Assembly: GCA_050273025.1 (NCBI GenBank)
Contig: CP158636.1
Coordinates: 7,626,001-7,690,000 of the forward strand
DNA from: Cenococcum geophilum
Lineage: Eukaryota
Length of the DNA stretch: 64,000 nt
Direction: 5' to 3'
Numbering within the stretch: position 1 is the first letter of the stretch; every line of letters starts with the position of its first letter. The notes beneath the pieces were generated by a model. The model made no database searches. It was not told the DNA's origin and saw nothing but the letters and a program-made list of their open reading frames with translations. Shown here piece after piece: positions 1-14,330 of this stretch. The translations under genes were made by a program, and so were the position numbers.

Positions 1-1884
1 CTAGCACTATACTGTTTGCGCATTATAGATATAGTATTATAATTTACGCACGAGCACGGTAGAGGCACTTTATCCTAGCTGGGACACTTAGCGTTATTAG
101 CTTGGTGGTCCTCTAGTAGATATTAAATAGCATTTCCAGCCGCTTAATTAGTAGCCACTTCGTCCAGGTTTATAGCATAGTGGTAATTAAAAACAATAGT
201 TAAGTATACGGTTACTATTTTACCAGTCCCTATACCATCTATGAAAACCCTACTATTTAGCTCTATGCGTTCCTGGTGGAATATTTTAGATATACTATGC
301 AGCTGATACGGGAACGCCCTAAACTTCGGATTTAGACCCTATTTGCGGGGAATGGGGACTATGTTATTCCCTAGAAGGGCCCCCTTAGAAACCCCCTATA
401 GCTTAGCTAAGCGTTTATACATTTACTGCTCTATTCTCTTAACCTTACCGCCTACTTTTGCTATAGCGGCTTCTTGAAATCTAAAAAAAGCTAACGTTAG
501 TCTAATTTAAGATATACTTTATATACTTATATGCCCATACCTTTACTTAATACGGTTAGCAGCCTCTGCCTCCCTATTGGCTTCGTTTATTATATCTTTA
601 AGGGCCTCTTCTTCTAGGTTATTGTCTTCTATAGAAACCTGTATTATATTACCAGTTAGATTATCTGCGGTTATACTTTATAGTTAAGCTAGTTTAGAAT
701 CTGGAGCGGTTACGCTTTAGGGGACATTATAGTTATCTTCGTTCTCCTTTATACTGTTAGGCCCCCTTATAGGCTAGGTAGCTAGACCGCCGCGGCCGTC
801 CTTAGTAGCTTACCGTAATCTGCCTTTGGATGCCCTAGTAGGTTACTCCCTTTTGTGACTATGTTTCTTCGGGCTTAATAGACTTAGAATGTTGCTGTAT
901 GCTAATAAGGTTAATAAAGCATCGCTCCCACTTTCGCCGTTCTTATTAATGAACTTATTATCTAAGTACTCTAAGTACTTACGGGTCTGCTTAGACGTAG
1001 TCTTCCGCCGATTCTTATATGCGGGCTTACTGCGCGAAGACTGGCGAATTTGGGTATTAGTGGTGCTAGGAGGGTTTATGCTCTACTTTCGCGGTACTTA
1101 GTACGGTATTTTTGTAATTAAATGCTCGGCTGTAATTATTAGTATATAAATAGCTAGATGTTATCTAAAGAACTTATAGTCGGTAGTCTTAAGTAGAAAT
1201 TCTACTTTGCTTCTATGGTATAGCATATATTGCTAGAATGCGGCTTATAATGCTCCTTGCTGGGCAATATAAGCTTCCTCTTTGGATTTAATGTTAAGCC
1301 ATATAATTTAACCTTTATTTAAGTTAAAGCCTACTAATACTGCAACCTCTTAAAATAGCGAGAAATGGATTTCTTTAACTGTTAGAGTTTCTGTGTTGGC
1401 TTTTATAATGTTATAGATTATATAAAGCTCTATAGTGTCTTAGGCGGTTAAGTTAATCTATTAAAATTAGAAGGTTATATTTTTAAGCAAAAGCGGCTTA
1501 CCTAATAGTGTAGGACCTAGTGATTCTAAGATTTACTTAGGAGCAAATATAGGTACTAGCGTCACTATAGGTTCTAATTGGGTAGGAGTCTAACTTTTAG
1601 GTTTAGACTTTGCCTTTTTTTGCCGTTTTATGGCATTAGTTTTCTAGGATGTTATTAAAGCAATAATAGCATCCTTAGACTAACTATCTAAAACACCTTC
1701 TACCTTAGGTAAGCTGCTAAGAATCTTTTAAACATACTTATCGCGTAGCAGTTTATCTCCGGCAGTACAAAATATGACTTTCTTAAGCCTAGCCTTTATT
1801 ATACCATCTAAGACTATATTCTTAATTTCCTTAAGGCGACGAGCATTAATATCCTATCCCTTTATAATATTTAAGTCCTTTATA
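1..1884 (-). pseudogene. RIP-inactivated SNF2-family helicase/ATPase-like gene, copy A (N-terminal part; continues beyond the left edge)
   Basis: Minus strand ~330-217 reads FPYQLH..........E....SRVFIDGIGTGKI (de-RIP GGVFADGMGTGK), i.e. the SNF2 Q-motif and motif I, followed by a Cys cluster (KCPS*DKVPLPCSCVN). Aligns with 7539-9710. Start position is approximate. Confidence 0.6.
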
Positions 1885-2379
1885 GTAATGCGTGAAGATA
1901 CTAAAATAGAATAAAGGAGTAGAGCGTTACTATATAAGAGCGGAAGAATCTAGTTAGTATTTAGTAAAGGTGTAAGTCTAAAGTAGGTAGGGAAGATAAA
2001 CCGATTGTGAGAGTTAATTAACTAGGCAGATTGCCGTAGTTTTGGGGAGTAAGTCATAGCTTAAAGCAGTAATTAGTGGTTAAACTAATTAATTAACTAA
2101 TTAATGTTGCGTAGAGGTGCCGTACGAGAGTTAGTTAAGGTAGTAAAGGTGAAGAGTGTAAGGCAAAGTAATAGTAAAGTTAGGAAGATTGCCGCTATCT
2201 AATGCTTATTAATGGCAAGGTGAATTAAAAAGTTTTGGTGAATACATAGAATACTAAGTCTAGCGGCATTTTATAGTAGATTGCCTTAGGTAGTATAAGT
2301 CTTATGTAGTTATAATCTTTAGGATTTAAGAACTAAACTAACTTATTAGTTTATTAAACTTTATAAATCCTGCCTAGAC

Positions 2380-3340
2380 TACTAATATAAAAAGGTAATA
2401 ACTTAGCTAAGTATAGAATGCACGCATTGTTTTTAATTATTTTGTAATAGGAGACTAGGTACAGCTAATTAAGCCTTTACTATAGCCTCCTTTAAGCCCT
2501 CCTCTACCGCCCTTAATTGATCCTCTATATTAAACAGCCGCTGGTTAAACCGTTTAACCGCTTGTAACACTTAATACACCTTATTTAGTATATAGTATGT
2601 CCTCCCTTATAACCTTAAGCTGATCCTTTACCAAAAGCTCTTAAAATATTACCTTTCTCTAATTTATATTATTATACGCTCCGGTTAGTTATAAATATAG
2701 TTTTATAACCTTAGAGATGGTCCTGCTTTATTACTTAGGCGTCCCAGATTAGATTAGCGATAGATATATTTTAAGCCTTCTTAGCTTTTTAAAGTTCCTT
2801 AATTTCTGTCTTTAAACTCTTAATATTCTGGCGATTAGCGGCTAACGCAGTCTGTAAAGTATCCTACCCCTCCTTTATACTACTAATTGTCTGACTTGCA
2901 ATATTAGAGAGGTCCCTCTTTTATAGTTTTTTAGTTTCCATAATAGCTATCTCCGCGGCGCTGTTTTTATTTAACTTAGTTCTCTCTAGACTATATACAG
3001 CGGCATTTCTAGCGACTAATAGAATAGAATGGGTTAGCGGAGGCTTCTTAATAGGTGGCTAGGCTATTTTTATAGCTTTAGCTACCTTACTATTCTTCTC
3101 CTACTTAATTAGAAATCCTCTAATCTCCTTCTAGTAACTATCCGCCGCCTTCTTCTTTTGCGGCTTTGGACCTAGCTTAGTGGTCTTATCTCCATTCTTT
3201 AGTAACGCCTTTTTAACATAAGGACGCTTAGTGCGCTTAGCTGGGGTGGCTGCATACCCAGGGTTTTTATTTATCTGTAATAACCGATTAGTATAAGATA
3301 TCTATAACTCCTTACTGGCATATATACTATTGCGATGTTT
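2380..3340 (-). pseudogene. RIP-degraded gene of unknown function, charged/coiled-coil-like
   Basis: Protein-like, K/E/A-rich minus-strand reading with RIP stops. No family recognised; bounds approximate. Confidence 0.25.
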
Positions 3341-4719
3341 ACTTTAAAAATAGGTTAAGTTAAGGGGAAATTGGTTCTAATGCAAAGAGTAGGTAATAAA
3401 TGGATGGATAGTATTTGGCAGTAAGATCTAAGAGGGAAGCTTATTCTTATTAATATTAAAAACGCGTATAAAGCGGATAGGTGGTAGTAATTTGGGTAAG
3501 GACTCCAATAGAGGATTTTCCTATATAATTGGCAGCTGGTTAATAGAGGAAGGGTAGAAACCTATAGTTATGATATTATATATTACAACTTTTTACCCAA
3601 CTTCCTTAAATATATCTATATATATAGGTGGTGGCCTTCTATAGCATTTTATCGGTATCGCAATATTAACGCGTTTTGGTAAGGCTTATTAATAAAATTA
3701 CGCTAGCTAGGGTGCCCGCAGCATGCTAACCTAGGTAGGAGCGCCTAAAGCGCCCAATATAAAAAGTCTCTTTTACTAGATAAAGGGATATGGAGCTCAA
3801 AGCTCCTTATTTAAACCTAAAGGGACTATTTGGTTACAAATCGCCTCTATTATAACTGTTTAATCTATACGCCTTTTAGTATCACCCGTTTTGTAATTAG
3901 TGGCGGCTACTATAGCTTATTTAAATCTATAATGGAGTTAATTATTTAGTAAGGCTCCAGAATAAGGCTCTAGATTTAACTTTGTATATTAATGCGTAAT
4001 TAACTAACGTTAGTAAGCAATTTAAATAAGCCCCTCTCTGCCACCAGGCCTCTATCGCGACTCCCTACTTTAGTATAGTAATAGAGTCCTCCTCGGCCAA
4101 CGTCCTCTCTGCAATCGGCGTTTCCTATATCTTTGCCCACCTCCTATATAAGCCCCCCCCGGAAACAGGCTTATCGCAATTACGAAGGTTAAGATAATAA
4201 CATTATATAAGGTATGCAAATGTAACTATAGTATCGCGATTAGGGTATATGGAGTCGCCATATTATAAGAAGTCGTCACTTTGGCGCGTATATAAGAGCT
4301 TTAGATTAAAATGGAATATAGAATAGAAGCTTAAAGCTATATATTGAAATGGTGCTAAGAACCTTATTTTAACTACTGTAATCTAGAACGAGCCGTATAC
4401 TAGTATAAAGAGAATAGTAGTAGAATAAGCGGGTGTTTTAGATTCTATAGCTAATACGCCCCTTAACAAACACTAAGTCAGTAGTAGAGCTCTAGGAGTT
4501 ATTAATTAGCCTTATATTAAGTACAGAGTTACAAGTAATCTATTCTTCCTTAGCCGTATTTTAAATTAGGTATAGATTTAAAGCTTTAAGAGCTATATTA
4601 ACTTTATATTTACTCCGCTCTACTAATTAAATAGTTAGATCTAAAGTTTATATTAATTTTAACTTTGGCCAGGAGCTCTAATCTAAACAAGATTACTGCC
4701 TTAAAGAGTAAGCTAGTAG

Positions 4720-5900
4720 CTTTAATTACTAAGCGCGAAATTGCCATATATTGCCTAGTATACGCCCAGTTCCTTAAGCGGCAAGCTAATAGACTTCCAT
4801 TACTAAGCAAGAGATTGCTGTATATTGCCTAGCACATTACCTAGTTCCTTAAGCGGCAAGCTAGCAAACTTTTATTACTAAGTAAGAGATTGCCGTATAT
4901 TGCCTAGCATATTACCTAGTTCCTTAAGCGGTAAGCCAGTAAACTTTTATTACTAAGCGCGAGATTGCCGCACATTACCCAGCATATCGCCTAGTTTCTT
5001 AAGCGGTAAGCTAGTAAACTTCCATTACTAAGCAAGAGATTGCCGTATATTGCCTGGCATATTGCCTAGTTCCTTAAGCAATAAGCTAGCAGACTTCTAT
5101 TACTAAGCGCGAAATTGCCGTATATTGCCTGGCATACCGCCCAGTTCCTTAAGCGGTAAGCTAGTAAACTTCTATTTCTAAGTACGAAGTTGCCGTATAT
5201 TGCTAGGCATATTACCCAATTCTTTAAATTACAAGCTGGCAGGCGTTGCCTATTAGCAGAGTATTCCGATATATTAGCTTATATATTACCCGGTTTCTAT
5301 ATTATAAGCTAATAGACTTACTACATTAACAGAGCACTACAATATATCGCCTGGCGTATTACTTAGGTCCTTAAATAGCAAGCTAGTAGGCGTCTCTTAT
5401 TAATAGAGCACTGCGATATATCTAATCGTGCATTGCCTGGTTCCTATATCGCAAGCTAGTAAGCTCCTCTTATAAGTAGAGTATTCCGAATATTAGCTTG
5501 TATATTACCTAGTTCCCGCGTTATAAGCTAGCAGCTTCTTTTATTAATGGAGCACTATAATATATCACTTGCGCATTACCCTCCTTAAATAGTAAGATAG
5601 ACACTTCTCTTATTAATAAAAGAATTGCGGCATATTGGCGATATATCGCCTAGTTCTATAAAAAACAACTTAGCATATGCCTTCCATTAGCCGTGGGACT
5701 ACGGCACATCGCCAAGTATATTGCTTAATTCTATAAAAAAAAATAATCCAGTATTTATCTTTTACTAACCGTAAGACTACGGAATACTACCCACTATATT
5801 GCCTAATTCTGAAAACAATAGTCTGTTATACTTCTTCTACTAGAGAAGAATTTACGGCAAACTACCTAGTATATTACCCAATTCCGCGCTAAAAGAATTA
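4720..5900. repeat. 75-bp tandem repeat array (~15 units), possibly coding a 25-aa repeat on the minus strand
   Basis: Unit gagattgccgtatattgcctagcatattacctagttccttaagcggtaagctagtaaacttttattactaagcaa recurs at 4811, 4886, 4961, 5036 and onward. Units are near-identical on the left and degenerate toward 5900. Confidence 0.85.
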
Positions 5901-8900
5901 AAAACACATTGCTACTATAATCTATAATATTTGCATTGGCTGCTTCTTTAAATTTTCTGGCTTATTTATGTCTACGTCTAGTCTCTTATTAGCGGCGTTT
6001 TTTTTAAACTTAAGCTTATCTAGAATTCCACTTTTAATACGGGAAGCCGTTAATAGTAACACCCTCCGTAATAGCCTTTAGAAATAATAAAAGAATTTAC
6101 AGTCCGTTTAGCTGCTTCTACGAGTTATAAATTATATAGTTTTTTGCTTCGGTAGTGTTCCTCTAGAAAGGCATATAACAGCATCCTTACTATATTTAGT
6201 AACTAAGGCCTAAAATAAGTGTTAGCTTAGAGTTCTAGTTAAACGTGCTACTATTAAGAGGTAAAAAGATAGAGTGTTTTGCCACTTACTGCTATATATA
6301 CCGCCCTAATAATTAAAAAATTAGTACTAATAATAAATTTGCTACAATAGCCTTTAACATATAGTGCTGCTATAACTTCTTTATAGATAGCTAAAAGCGT
6401 CTTAAAACTTCGCGTTATTATAAAGAATTTCCTCCTTATTTTGATCCAAGATACTTCTAATAGGATTTTTAACTACGTTGGTGTGGTATTAGAGTGGACG
6501 TTTATTTTTATTATTATCTAGAAGATCCTTATTAAATCTATCCTTCTATAAAAGTAACCTAGGCGTCGTTGCTGTATTACGGCACGTAAAGTAGCTGCTT
6601 AAGGAGCTGCTGGTCATTTATACCAGTTTTTTCCCAGTAGGAGAACTATCTTCTCTCTATTTAACCATTTTCTGCTAAAATACCTCTTCTATTTCTAACA
6701 CTATTGCACCTTCTATACTGTATAGGAATTTAAGTTCTTTAGTTTTATAATTATACTTTACGTGTTAAATTTAGAGGTCGCTTAGGACAGCTTTTAGTTT
6801 TTAGTTACTAAAGCTAATAGTATCCCGGTTGCGGCGAATGAGAAAATTTATAAGAATTAGGCTACTAACCTTAACTAATTCTTTATATGTCGCAGACTGC
6901 AAGGCACTTTTAGGGTTACTCCTTCCCTACTTTAAAAAATTGGGTCTAGAGTTTAGCTATTTTATTAACTTTCGTAGACGTGCATTTTCTAAGAATGCTA
7001 GGGTAGGGTTAGCTTAAGCGGTTACCCAATCTGCATCTTTAAGGGCGCTTATAATAAACCAGCACATATCTATAACGCTATTCTCTATTATTATACTAGT
7101 AATGGCCTAGGCAAAGAACCTTAGGTGTGGCGGTACTACTTTTTTTTTAAGAACAAAGGAATTGGTTAATATAAGTTTCTTAATTTTTTTTATTATAGAA
7201 CTCATTCTATAAGATTCTGCTAAAGAGCGTAGTTGTAACAATCTGTGTACCTCTATAGGGGGCCATTAGAGAACTATAAGCAGGGCGTTTTCTTTTTACC
7301 TATAAGAGTCCGACCATCATTTATCGCATTATAATCTAACTAGTCCCCTAAAGTCCCCGTTTAAAGCCATTCCTAAGGGTTTAGTCGCGCTATTCCTTTA
7401 GACATACCTTCTATCTTATAGCATATTGCAAACTATAGTGGCGTCTACTCTTCCATTATAAGCGTAGAGTCCTTAAACAATAAGATATAATTATCTCTTT
7501 AGCTGGTAATTACACTTAGAAATATAATAACTAGATTTGCACTATACTGTCTTCGTATTATAGATATAGCGTTTTAATTTACATATAAGTATAGAAAAGG
7601 CATCTTGTCCTAGCTAGGACACTTAGCGTCTTTAGCCTAGTTATCCTTCTATAGATGCTGATTTGCATTTTCAGCCACTTAATTAGTAGCCACTTCGTCT
7701 AGGTTTATGGCATAGTAGTAACTAAGGATAATAGTTAAGTACGCGGTTACGATTTTTCCGGTTCCTATACTATTAGCAAAAACCCCACCATTTAGTTGGT
7801 GCGCTCCTGGTAGAACATCTTAAATGCGCTATATAGCTAGTATAGGAATGATTTAAACCTTAGATTTAGACCCTATTTACTAGGAATAGGGACTAGGTTC
7901 TTTACTAAGACGGCCTTTTTAGGAACTCTGTATAGCTTAGCCAAACGTTCGTATATCTATTGCTCTATTCATTAAACCTTGCCTTCTACTTTAGCTATAG
8001 CGGCCTCTTAAAATCTAAAAAGAGCTAATATTAGTCTAATTTAAGATATACTCCATATAACTATATGCTTATACCTTTGCGCAATAGGCATTATAGCCTA
8101 TATCTCCTTAGCTTAGGTTATATTATCCTTAAGCGCATTTTTACCTAAGGTATTTTTAATTACATTAGTTTCTATAGTTTTACTAAGGAAAGCTTTTACG
8201 GGTATAGAGTTTAATTATTATATAGAGTCTGAGCTAATTAGGGATATAAAGTAGTTTTATTCTTAAGAGTATCGCGATTATCCTTACTATACTTTATATC
8301 GTTGGGATTGTCCATAGGCTAGATAACTAAATTATTGCGGCTATTCCTAGCAGCTTACTGCAGTTTGCCGTAGTTTGCCCGTGGATGCCTCTAGTAGGTT
8401 ACTCCCTTTTATAATTACGTTTCTTTGGACTTATTAAACTTAGAATGCCGCTATATGTTAATAAGATAGATAAAGCATCGCTCTTATTCCTACTGCCTTT
8501 ATTAATAAACTTAATATCTAAGCGCTTGCGGATTGGCTTAGGCGTGATTTTCTACCGTTTCTTAAGTATGCCTTAGTGCGCGAATACTGGTAGGTTAGAG
8601 TATCGGCAATTCTAGGAGGGTTTATGCCCTACTTATTTAGTAATTAGTACAGTGCTTTTATAATTAAATGCTTGGCTGTAATTATTAGTATATAAATAGC
8701 TAGATGTTGTTAAAGAGACTTATAATCCGTACTCTTAAGTAAAAATTCCACTCTGCTTTTATTGTATAGCATATACTACTAAAATACGGCTTATAGTGGC
8801 CCTTACTAGGTAATATAAACCTCCTTATTAGTAACTACGTTGAGCTAGGTAATTTTATCCTTATCTAAGATAAAACCTACTAATACTACAACCTCTTAAA

Positions 8901-9432
8901 ATAGCGAGAAACTAATTTCTTTAACTGTTAGAGTTTCTATATTACCTTTTAAAATTTATAGACTTTATAAAGCTCTACTGTGCTTTAAGTAATTAGGTTT
9001 ATTCTTTAAAACTAAAAGGTTATATTTTTAAGTAAGAATGGCTTATTTAGTAATATAAAACCATATAATTCGGAGATTAGGCTTAAAAGTAAATATACGT
9101 ACTAGCGTTATTATAGGTTTAAATTAGGTTTAACTCTAACTTTTAGGTTCTAACTTTATATTACTGTGCTATTTAGTAGCATTAGTTCTCTAGGATAATA
9201 TAAAAGGAACAATAGCCTATCTAGACTAGCTGTTTAAAGCACGTTCCTTCTTAGGTAAGTCGCTAAGAACCTTCTAAATAAACTAATCGCGCGGTACTTT
9301 ATCTTTGGCAGTATAAAACGTGGATTTTTTAAGCCTAGCCTCTTATATGTTATCTAGGATTATATCTCTTAATTTCCTTAAGGCGGCGAGCATTAATATT
9401 CTATCCCTTTGTAATATCCAAGTTCTTTATAA
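5900..9432 (-). pseudogene. RIP-inactivated SNF2-family helicase/ATPase-like gene, copy B
   Basis: Motif I GGVFANSIGTGKI at ~7752-7790 (de-RIP GGVFADGMGTGK). A Cys cluster follows, then a motif Ia-like ANLVIIFLSVITS*RD (~7500-7545), IRRNRD (~6825-6840) and a helicase-C entry SFKTLLAI..KFIISTNF (~6310-6410). Walker B is not clearly readable. Confidence 0.6.
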
Positions 9433-9710
9433 TGCGTAAAGATGCTAAGACGGAATAAAGGAGTAGAGCGTTGCTATATAAAAGTAGAAGAATCTAATTA
9501 GTATTTGGTAAAGGTGTAAGTCTAAAGTAGGTAAGTAAGACAAACTAATTATAAGAGTTAATTTGCTAGGTAGATTGCCGTAGTTTTAGGGAGGGAGTCG
9601 CAGCTTAAAGTAGCAATTGGCGGTTAAACTGATTAATTAACTAATTAATGTCGCGTAAAGGCGCCGTGCGAGAGTTAGTTAAGGTAGTAGAGGTAAAGAG
9701 TATAAAGTAA
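7539..9710. repeat. Direct duplication of 1-2160 (SNF2-like 5' part plus upstream region)
   Basis: Colinear similarity at an offset of ~7.54 kb, with a diverged low-complexity stretch (560-760 vs 8080-8310). Confidence 0.9.
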
Positions 9711-9979
9711 AGTAGATAAGCCTAAGGTAAATGCTCTTACTAATAGAATATAACGCGCGCGTTAAAGGGCAATTTACTATAGCAGATTACCATTAAATAC
9801 GCTTCCTTTAATTATAGAAAATATTCTTTATAAATAACTAGTATAATGGGCGGAGTTAAAAGTATATTAAAATATATAACCTAAGAATAAGGGTTAATAC
9901 GCCTAGGACGTTTTGCCTACCTAGGATTAATGTTTTAGCTTAATTAAAACCGCTTTAATATACCCTTTTAAATAGGGCT

Positions 9980-10980
9980 CCTAGTAAATAATTAAGACTC
10001 TAAATAGTATTAGATTTAAAGCTATAAGGACTACTACTATATACCGCGTATATTCGCAACCGCGAAAATAATTATATCCTTAGAGGCTTTAAGCGTTTAT
10101 TATATTGTATACTTTAAAAGTCCCACATTCTAAACTGGTATAATTATTAGTGTATCTACCTATAACTCCTCCGTCTCTAGGTTAACTCTAGCGTCCTAGG
10201 CAATATTAAGAAATTTAGGGAAATTTAGAAGACTCGTCTACCCTTCTACTAAGTTAGTTTAAAGTAAACTAGTACCTAAGTCCATATAAATTATAGACTG
10301 TAGTATATTCTCTAGATCTTAATATATACAGATTATAAGACCCTAAACGTCATATTTGTTAATATATTTAGGTAAAAGAGATTAATATACGTCCTAAGGC
10401 TCTGTATAAGGGTACCCTATAGCAGAATTTATAGCTCTATACTAAAGTCCTAATTTAGCACTAGCCCAGCCAGCTTTCTTATATATATTTAACTGCGTAT
10501 AAGTAAGGAGATATTAGGCTACTTCCTTAGTCCACCTAACCGGAGCATTACTGGACTCTGGGATTTAATTAACGATTTTAGCTATGATCTCACTTTAAAT
10601 AGCGTAATTTATTTAGTCTTAGAAGCGTATGGATATTATATTACTTTTATTTATAATATCCTTAACTGCCCCTTTAATCTTGTATAAACAAGCGCTGCTA
10701 ATACTAAACCTAGATATAATCTGCTTATCCTTCCTAGAAGTCTTACCGGTAGACTTATATTATGCCTCTTTTATAGTATATACACTATCTAATTGTATTA
10801 CTATACTAGGTGGGTATAGTATTGGCGAGGGATGTAGGATTAAAGGTTTATAAATATTTGGCGGTTGTAAATTAATTATAATAGGTACTATAGGATATAA
10901 TACTGCTTTATATATTATTAGCGCACAGGATAATATACTACTTAGTGTGTTTAACTTATAATTTAAAAAGAGCAAGCTAT
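9980..10980 (-). pseudogene. RIP-degraded gene of unknown function, divergent from the Plavaka transposase
   Basis: Protein-like minus-strand reading (NFPKFLNIA*DARVNLETEEL*VDTLIIIPV...IIIFRGCEYTR). No family recognised. Confidence 0.3.
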
Positions 10981-11120
10981 TATAGTTATTAGGATGGCTA
11001 GTAGATCGCCGCAGATTATATACTATTAGATTAGTTATACAATCTACTACCCTTTTTAGGCATAAACCTACCTATCTTATCTTAATAACAACGTAAGGAG
11101 CCGCATTAGTCGCTATTATA

Positions 11121-14100
11121 ATGGGCTTAATAAATCGCTAGTGCCCTAAATATAAGCACACGATTTTTACTATAGGTGGATTAGCGCGATATAAGCTATA
11201 CTATAAAGTTATAGGCATACACTATCTTAACTAACAGGATAATATTTATCCTATAATTCGGGCTTAAGTAGATATATATAAAGACAACGAATTTACTATA
11301 GAGCAATAGGTATACGACCTCATAGTAACTAATACCACTGTTAATAATACTTTGCCAACTACTATAGGAAATACTAACTTAATATTAGCAGAGGAGCTAA
11401 GCTATATAACACCCGTAGAATAACCAACCAGCGCTAAAACGCATAGTTACGCGGTAACAAGCCTCTCTACCTTAAATATCTATTATACCTAAACTTATTA
11501 TAAAGTGACCGGCCGCTATATAGGAACCCTATTTAGTTATCCGGAGGGGAACTCTAATTGATAATCTGCCGTAGATCGCGACTACCTGTTAAGGCCTAGC
11601 TAACCAGCAGATAGAATAAACAAAAATAATAATATATTCTATCCTTTCGCAAGCTCTGCAAAATAGGCGTAAGTTGCCTAGTAGGTACGTAATAGTACGT
11701 TAGTAAAAGAAATAGACGCGTGGCTATAAGACCCCCGTATTAAAAATATAAGGGATAGATATATATTATACCAAAATGCAAAAAAAGTTAAGATAAAACT
11801 ATATTCTATTTCTAAAGGTATAAGTAATAAGAGCTGGCAAATTACAGAACTTAATATATACGGCAAAAACTTAAAGATATACCACTATAATATACTTAGC
11901 GTGGTAGCCTTCCTAATCGGTCATTTCCCATTTAAAGAGGATATAGTTTATTCCCCTATTTATTAATTTAATATAAAGGGTAATAGAGTATATAACGAGG
12001 CACACTTGGCTAACCGTTAGTAGGAGATCCAAGATCAATTACCTAATAGTGTAATAGCTATTATAGTCATACCTAGTAGTAACCAAACCAAGCTAACTAC
12101 ACTATCTGGAGATAAAAAGGCGCATTTGGTTTATATTATAATACTTAATATCCTATTAAAGACTTAACATATAGCTAGCAGGCTAGTAATACTTCTGCTA
12201 GGTTATATACCTACGGACTTACCAAGTAATCGGATGAAAAAACTGGATATATATTATTAAGTAATAAGCATTATATTTAAACATAAGTATTTACCTTAGT
12301 AGTGAGTAGGTACTTAAGTTAATATAAAAACTAGCCCTTAAACGCGCTGCTAGGCGCGGTATGCCAATGCAATACGCAGATAGGTTTATCCGGCAATGCT
12401 ACCCTATACTTACTAGGTTTATAGCAGACTATAAGGAGTAGGTTATATTAATAGGAGTAAAATTAGGGTAATACTATATAATGTATTATATACCGCCTTA
12501 TAAATAAGGTAACCTACTAAGCACTATATCCGGTAAATGGCCGCGATAGACGCATAAATCAACTATTAAGCAACTTAAAAGATAGTAAAACTTATAGCTA
12601 GATTACAGCGACCCTAAGTATATTAGGCCAATTTAAAATTTTGCTTAGTCCCATTATATAGCGGATATACGCTATAATGGCCCCTAATTTACTATACTAG
12701 CTATATAAAGGCGTTATGGAGCATTTAATAAGCTAGGTTTGGGTATTACTGCTTAATATTAAAAAAGGGAAAGGGAGGGTTCTAATAACTAATTACAGTG
12801 GTATAAAAACCCTATTATCTACTAAGGATAGGGTAGAACGTCTTCTAACCGCACAATTCGCTAAGGTTAAACCCTTTAATGGTATAATTAGGTGGGATAA
12901 CTTTGTAGAGTTAAGCTAATAGACTAGAAAGATGTACAAGTCCCTACTTCGTTAGATTGTACTAATTATAGCACCGTTGCTATATAGACACGAGGGGGTA
13001 ATACTATTTATTCGTGCTACAGTTAACTTTATATTATTAGCCGAATATAAATTATACAATAAAGATACGATTAAATATCTTAAAGCTGTATTATACCAAA
13101 TGGATAAGACTAAAGAAGCGTTCTTACTGTACCAACCTAATGATAAAAACCTACCCAATTTTAATATACCTAAACTCCATGCAATTTCCTACTACCTGGA
13201 GATAATTTGCGTATTTGGCGCCCTAATGGGAACTACAACAGAGTATAGCGAAAGGGTATATATTCCTTAGAAGAATTTCTATTAAAGAATAAATAAGCGT
13301 AAAGGATACAAAGAGTAAATAATTTATCTTAATACGGAATTAATAAACACTATAGTAATATAAGAGATGGAGCTATAGGAAAATATAAGGCTAATACTAG
13401 CAGCTAATACTATAGAAGATTTATATATTGCATTATTATTAGGTATAGTTAACCTGACAGACAAGCCGTATAGATGGGATTACTGCCAGTTGACTAACTA
13501 AATATTTTCGATGTGCGGAATAAACCTAAATTTATGGCGCAGAGCCTGCGAAATTTAGACTAGGCTAGGTATTAATGAATTTGTTATAAAACTAGCTTTG
13601 TTTATACGGGAATGTTATAAGCGAGTTAATGGTATATAAGCAACGGATTTAGATATTAAGCGCCTTAAAAGAGATGCGGCCTAGGCATAAGATTTACCTA
13701 TTGGTATTTATTACTCTATAATATGCTATATTAGACGCGGTAAAGACTTCCGTAATCTTAATTAACCATATAAAGTACAGGCACGTTATAACCTAGTTTG
13801 GATGCGGACTACTGCCCTATAAAGGGACTAAGTTCTTATATAAGAATATAAGAACGAACTAAATGGAATAAAGGGAACGCGGGCTACTCATCTAGAATTG
13901 CTGGTATTGGTATAGGACTTATAATATATAGATGAAAATAATAGATACCAAGTATACTATAGAGTACTTTTTAAGCTATTCCGTCTATGTAATAGAGGCA
14001 AGGGGGATCCTTTTAATGGGATGATTAAAGTGGAACGATTTCCTATAAATATAGCGCAAAATAGACGAAACCTAGACGGCTACTAAATATACGACATTTC

Positions 14101-14330
14101 CTATATTGAGAGACCCATACAACTAATACCAACTTCGCTAGATAAAAGGAGAACGTTTTGGATAAACTTATACACAGATTGGGACATATATAATTGATTC
14201 TATAATAATAATTTTCTTTAAATTAACCGCATACGCGCGGATAAGTTTATAAAGAAATAAAAATCTAAAACTAAGCTTCTAATTATATTATAGAAGGCCT
14301 TAGAACGAAAACGGAAATGGCTAATATAAT
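11121..14330 (+). mobile_element. Plavaka-family transposase pseudogene (RIPed)
   Basis: N-terminal C2H2-like finger relic. Core motifs: YPFAS; ILSVVAFLIGHFPFKEDIVYSP; RVYNEAHLANR**EIQDQLP..SSNQTKLTTLSGDKKAHLVY (~11985-12150); NFNIPKLHAISYY..FGAL.GTTTEYSERVYI (ORF 12977-13270). C-terminal IERPIQLIP..FWINLYTDWDIYN. Confidence 0.88.

Noticed and set aside
9980..10980. TET/JBP dioxygenase next to the Plavaka transposase
   Set aside because: Expected from known associations, but I could not read an HxD...H...R motif set.
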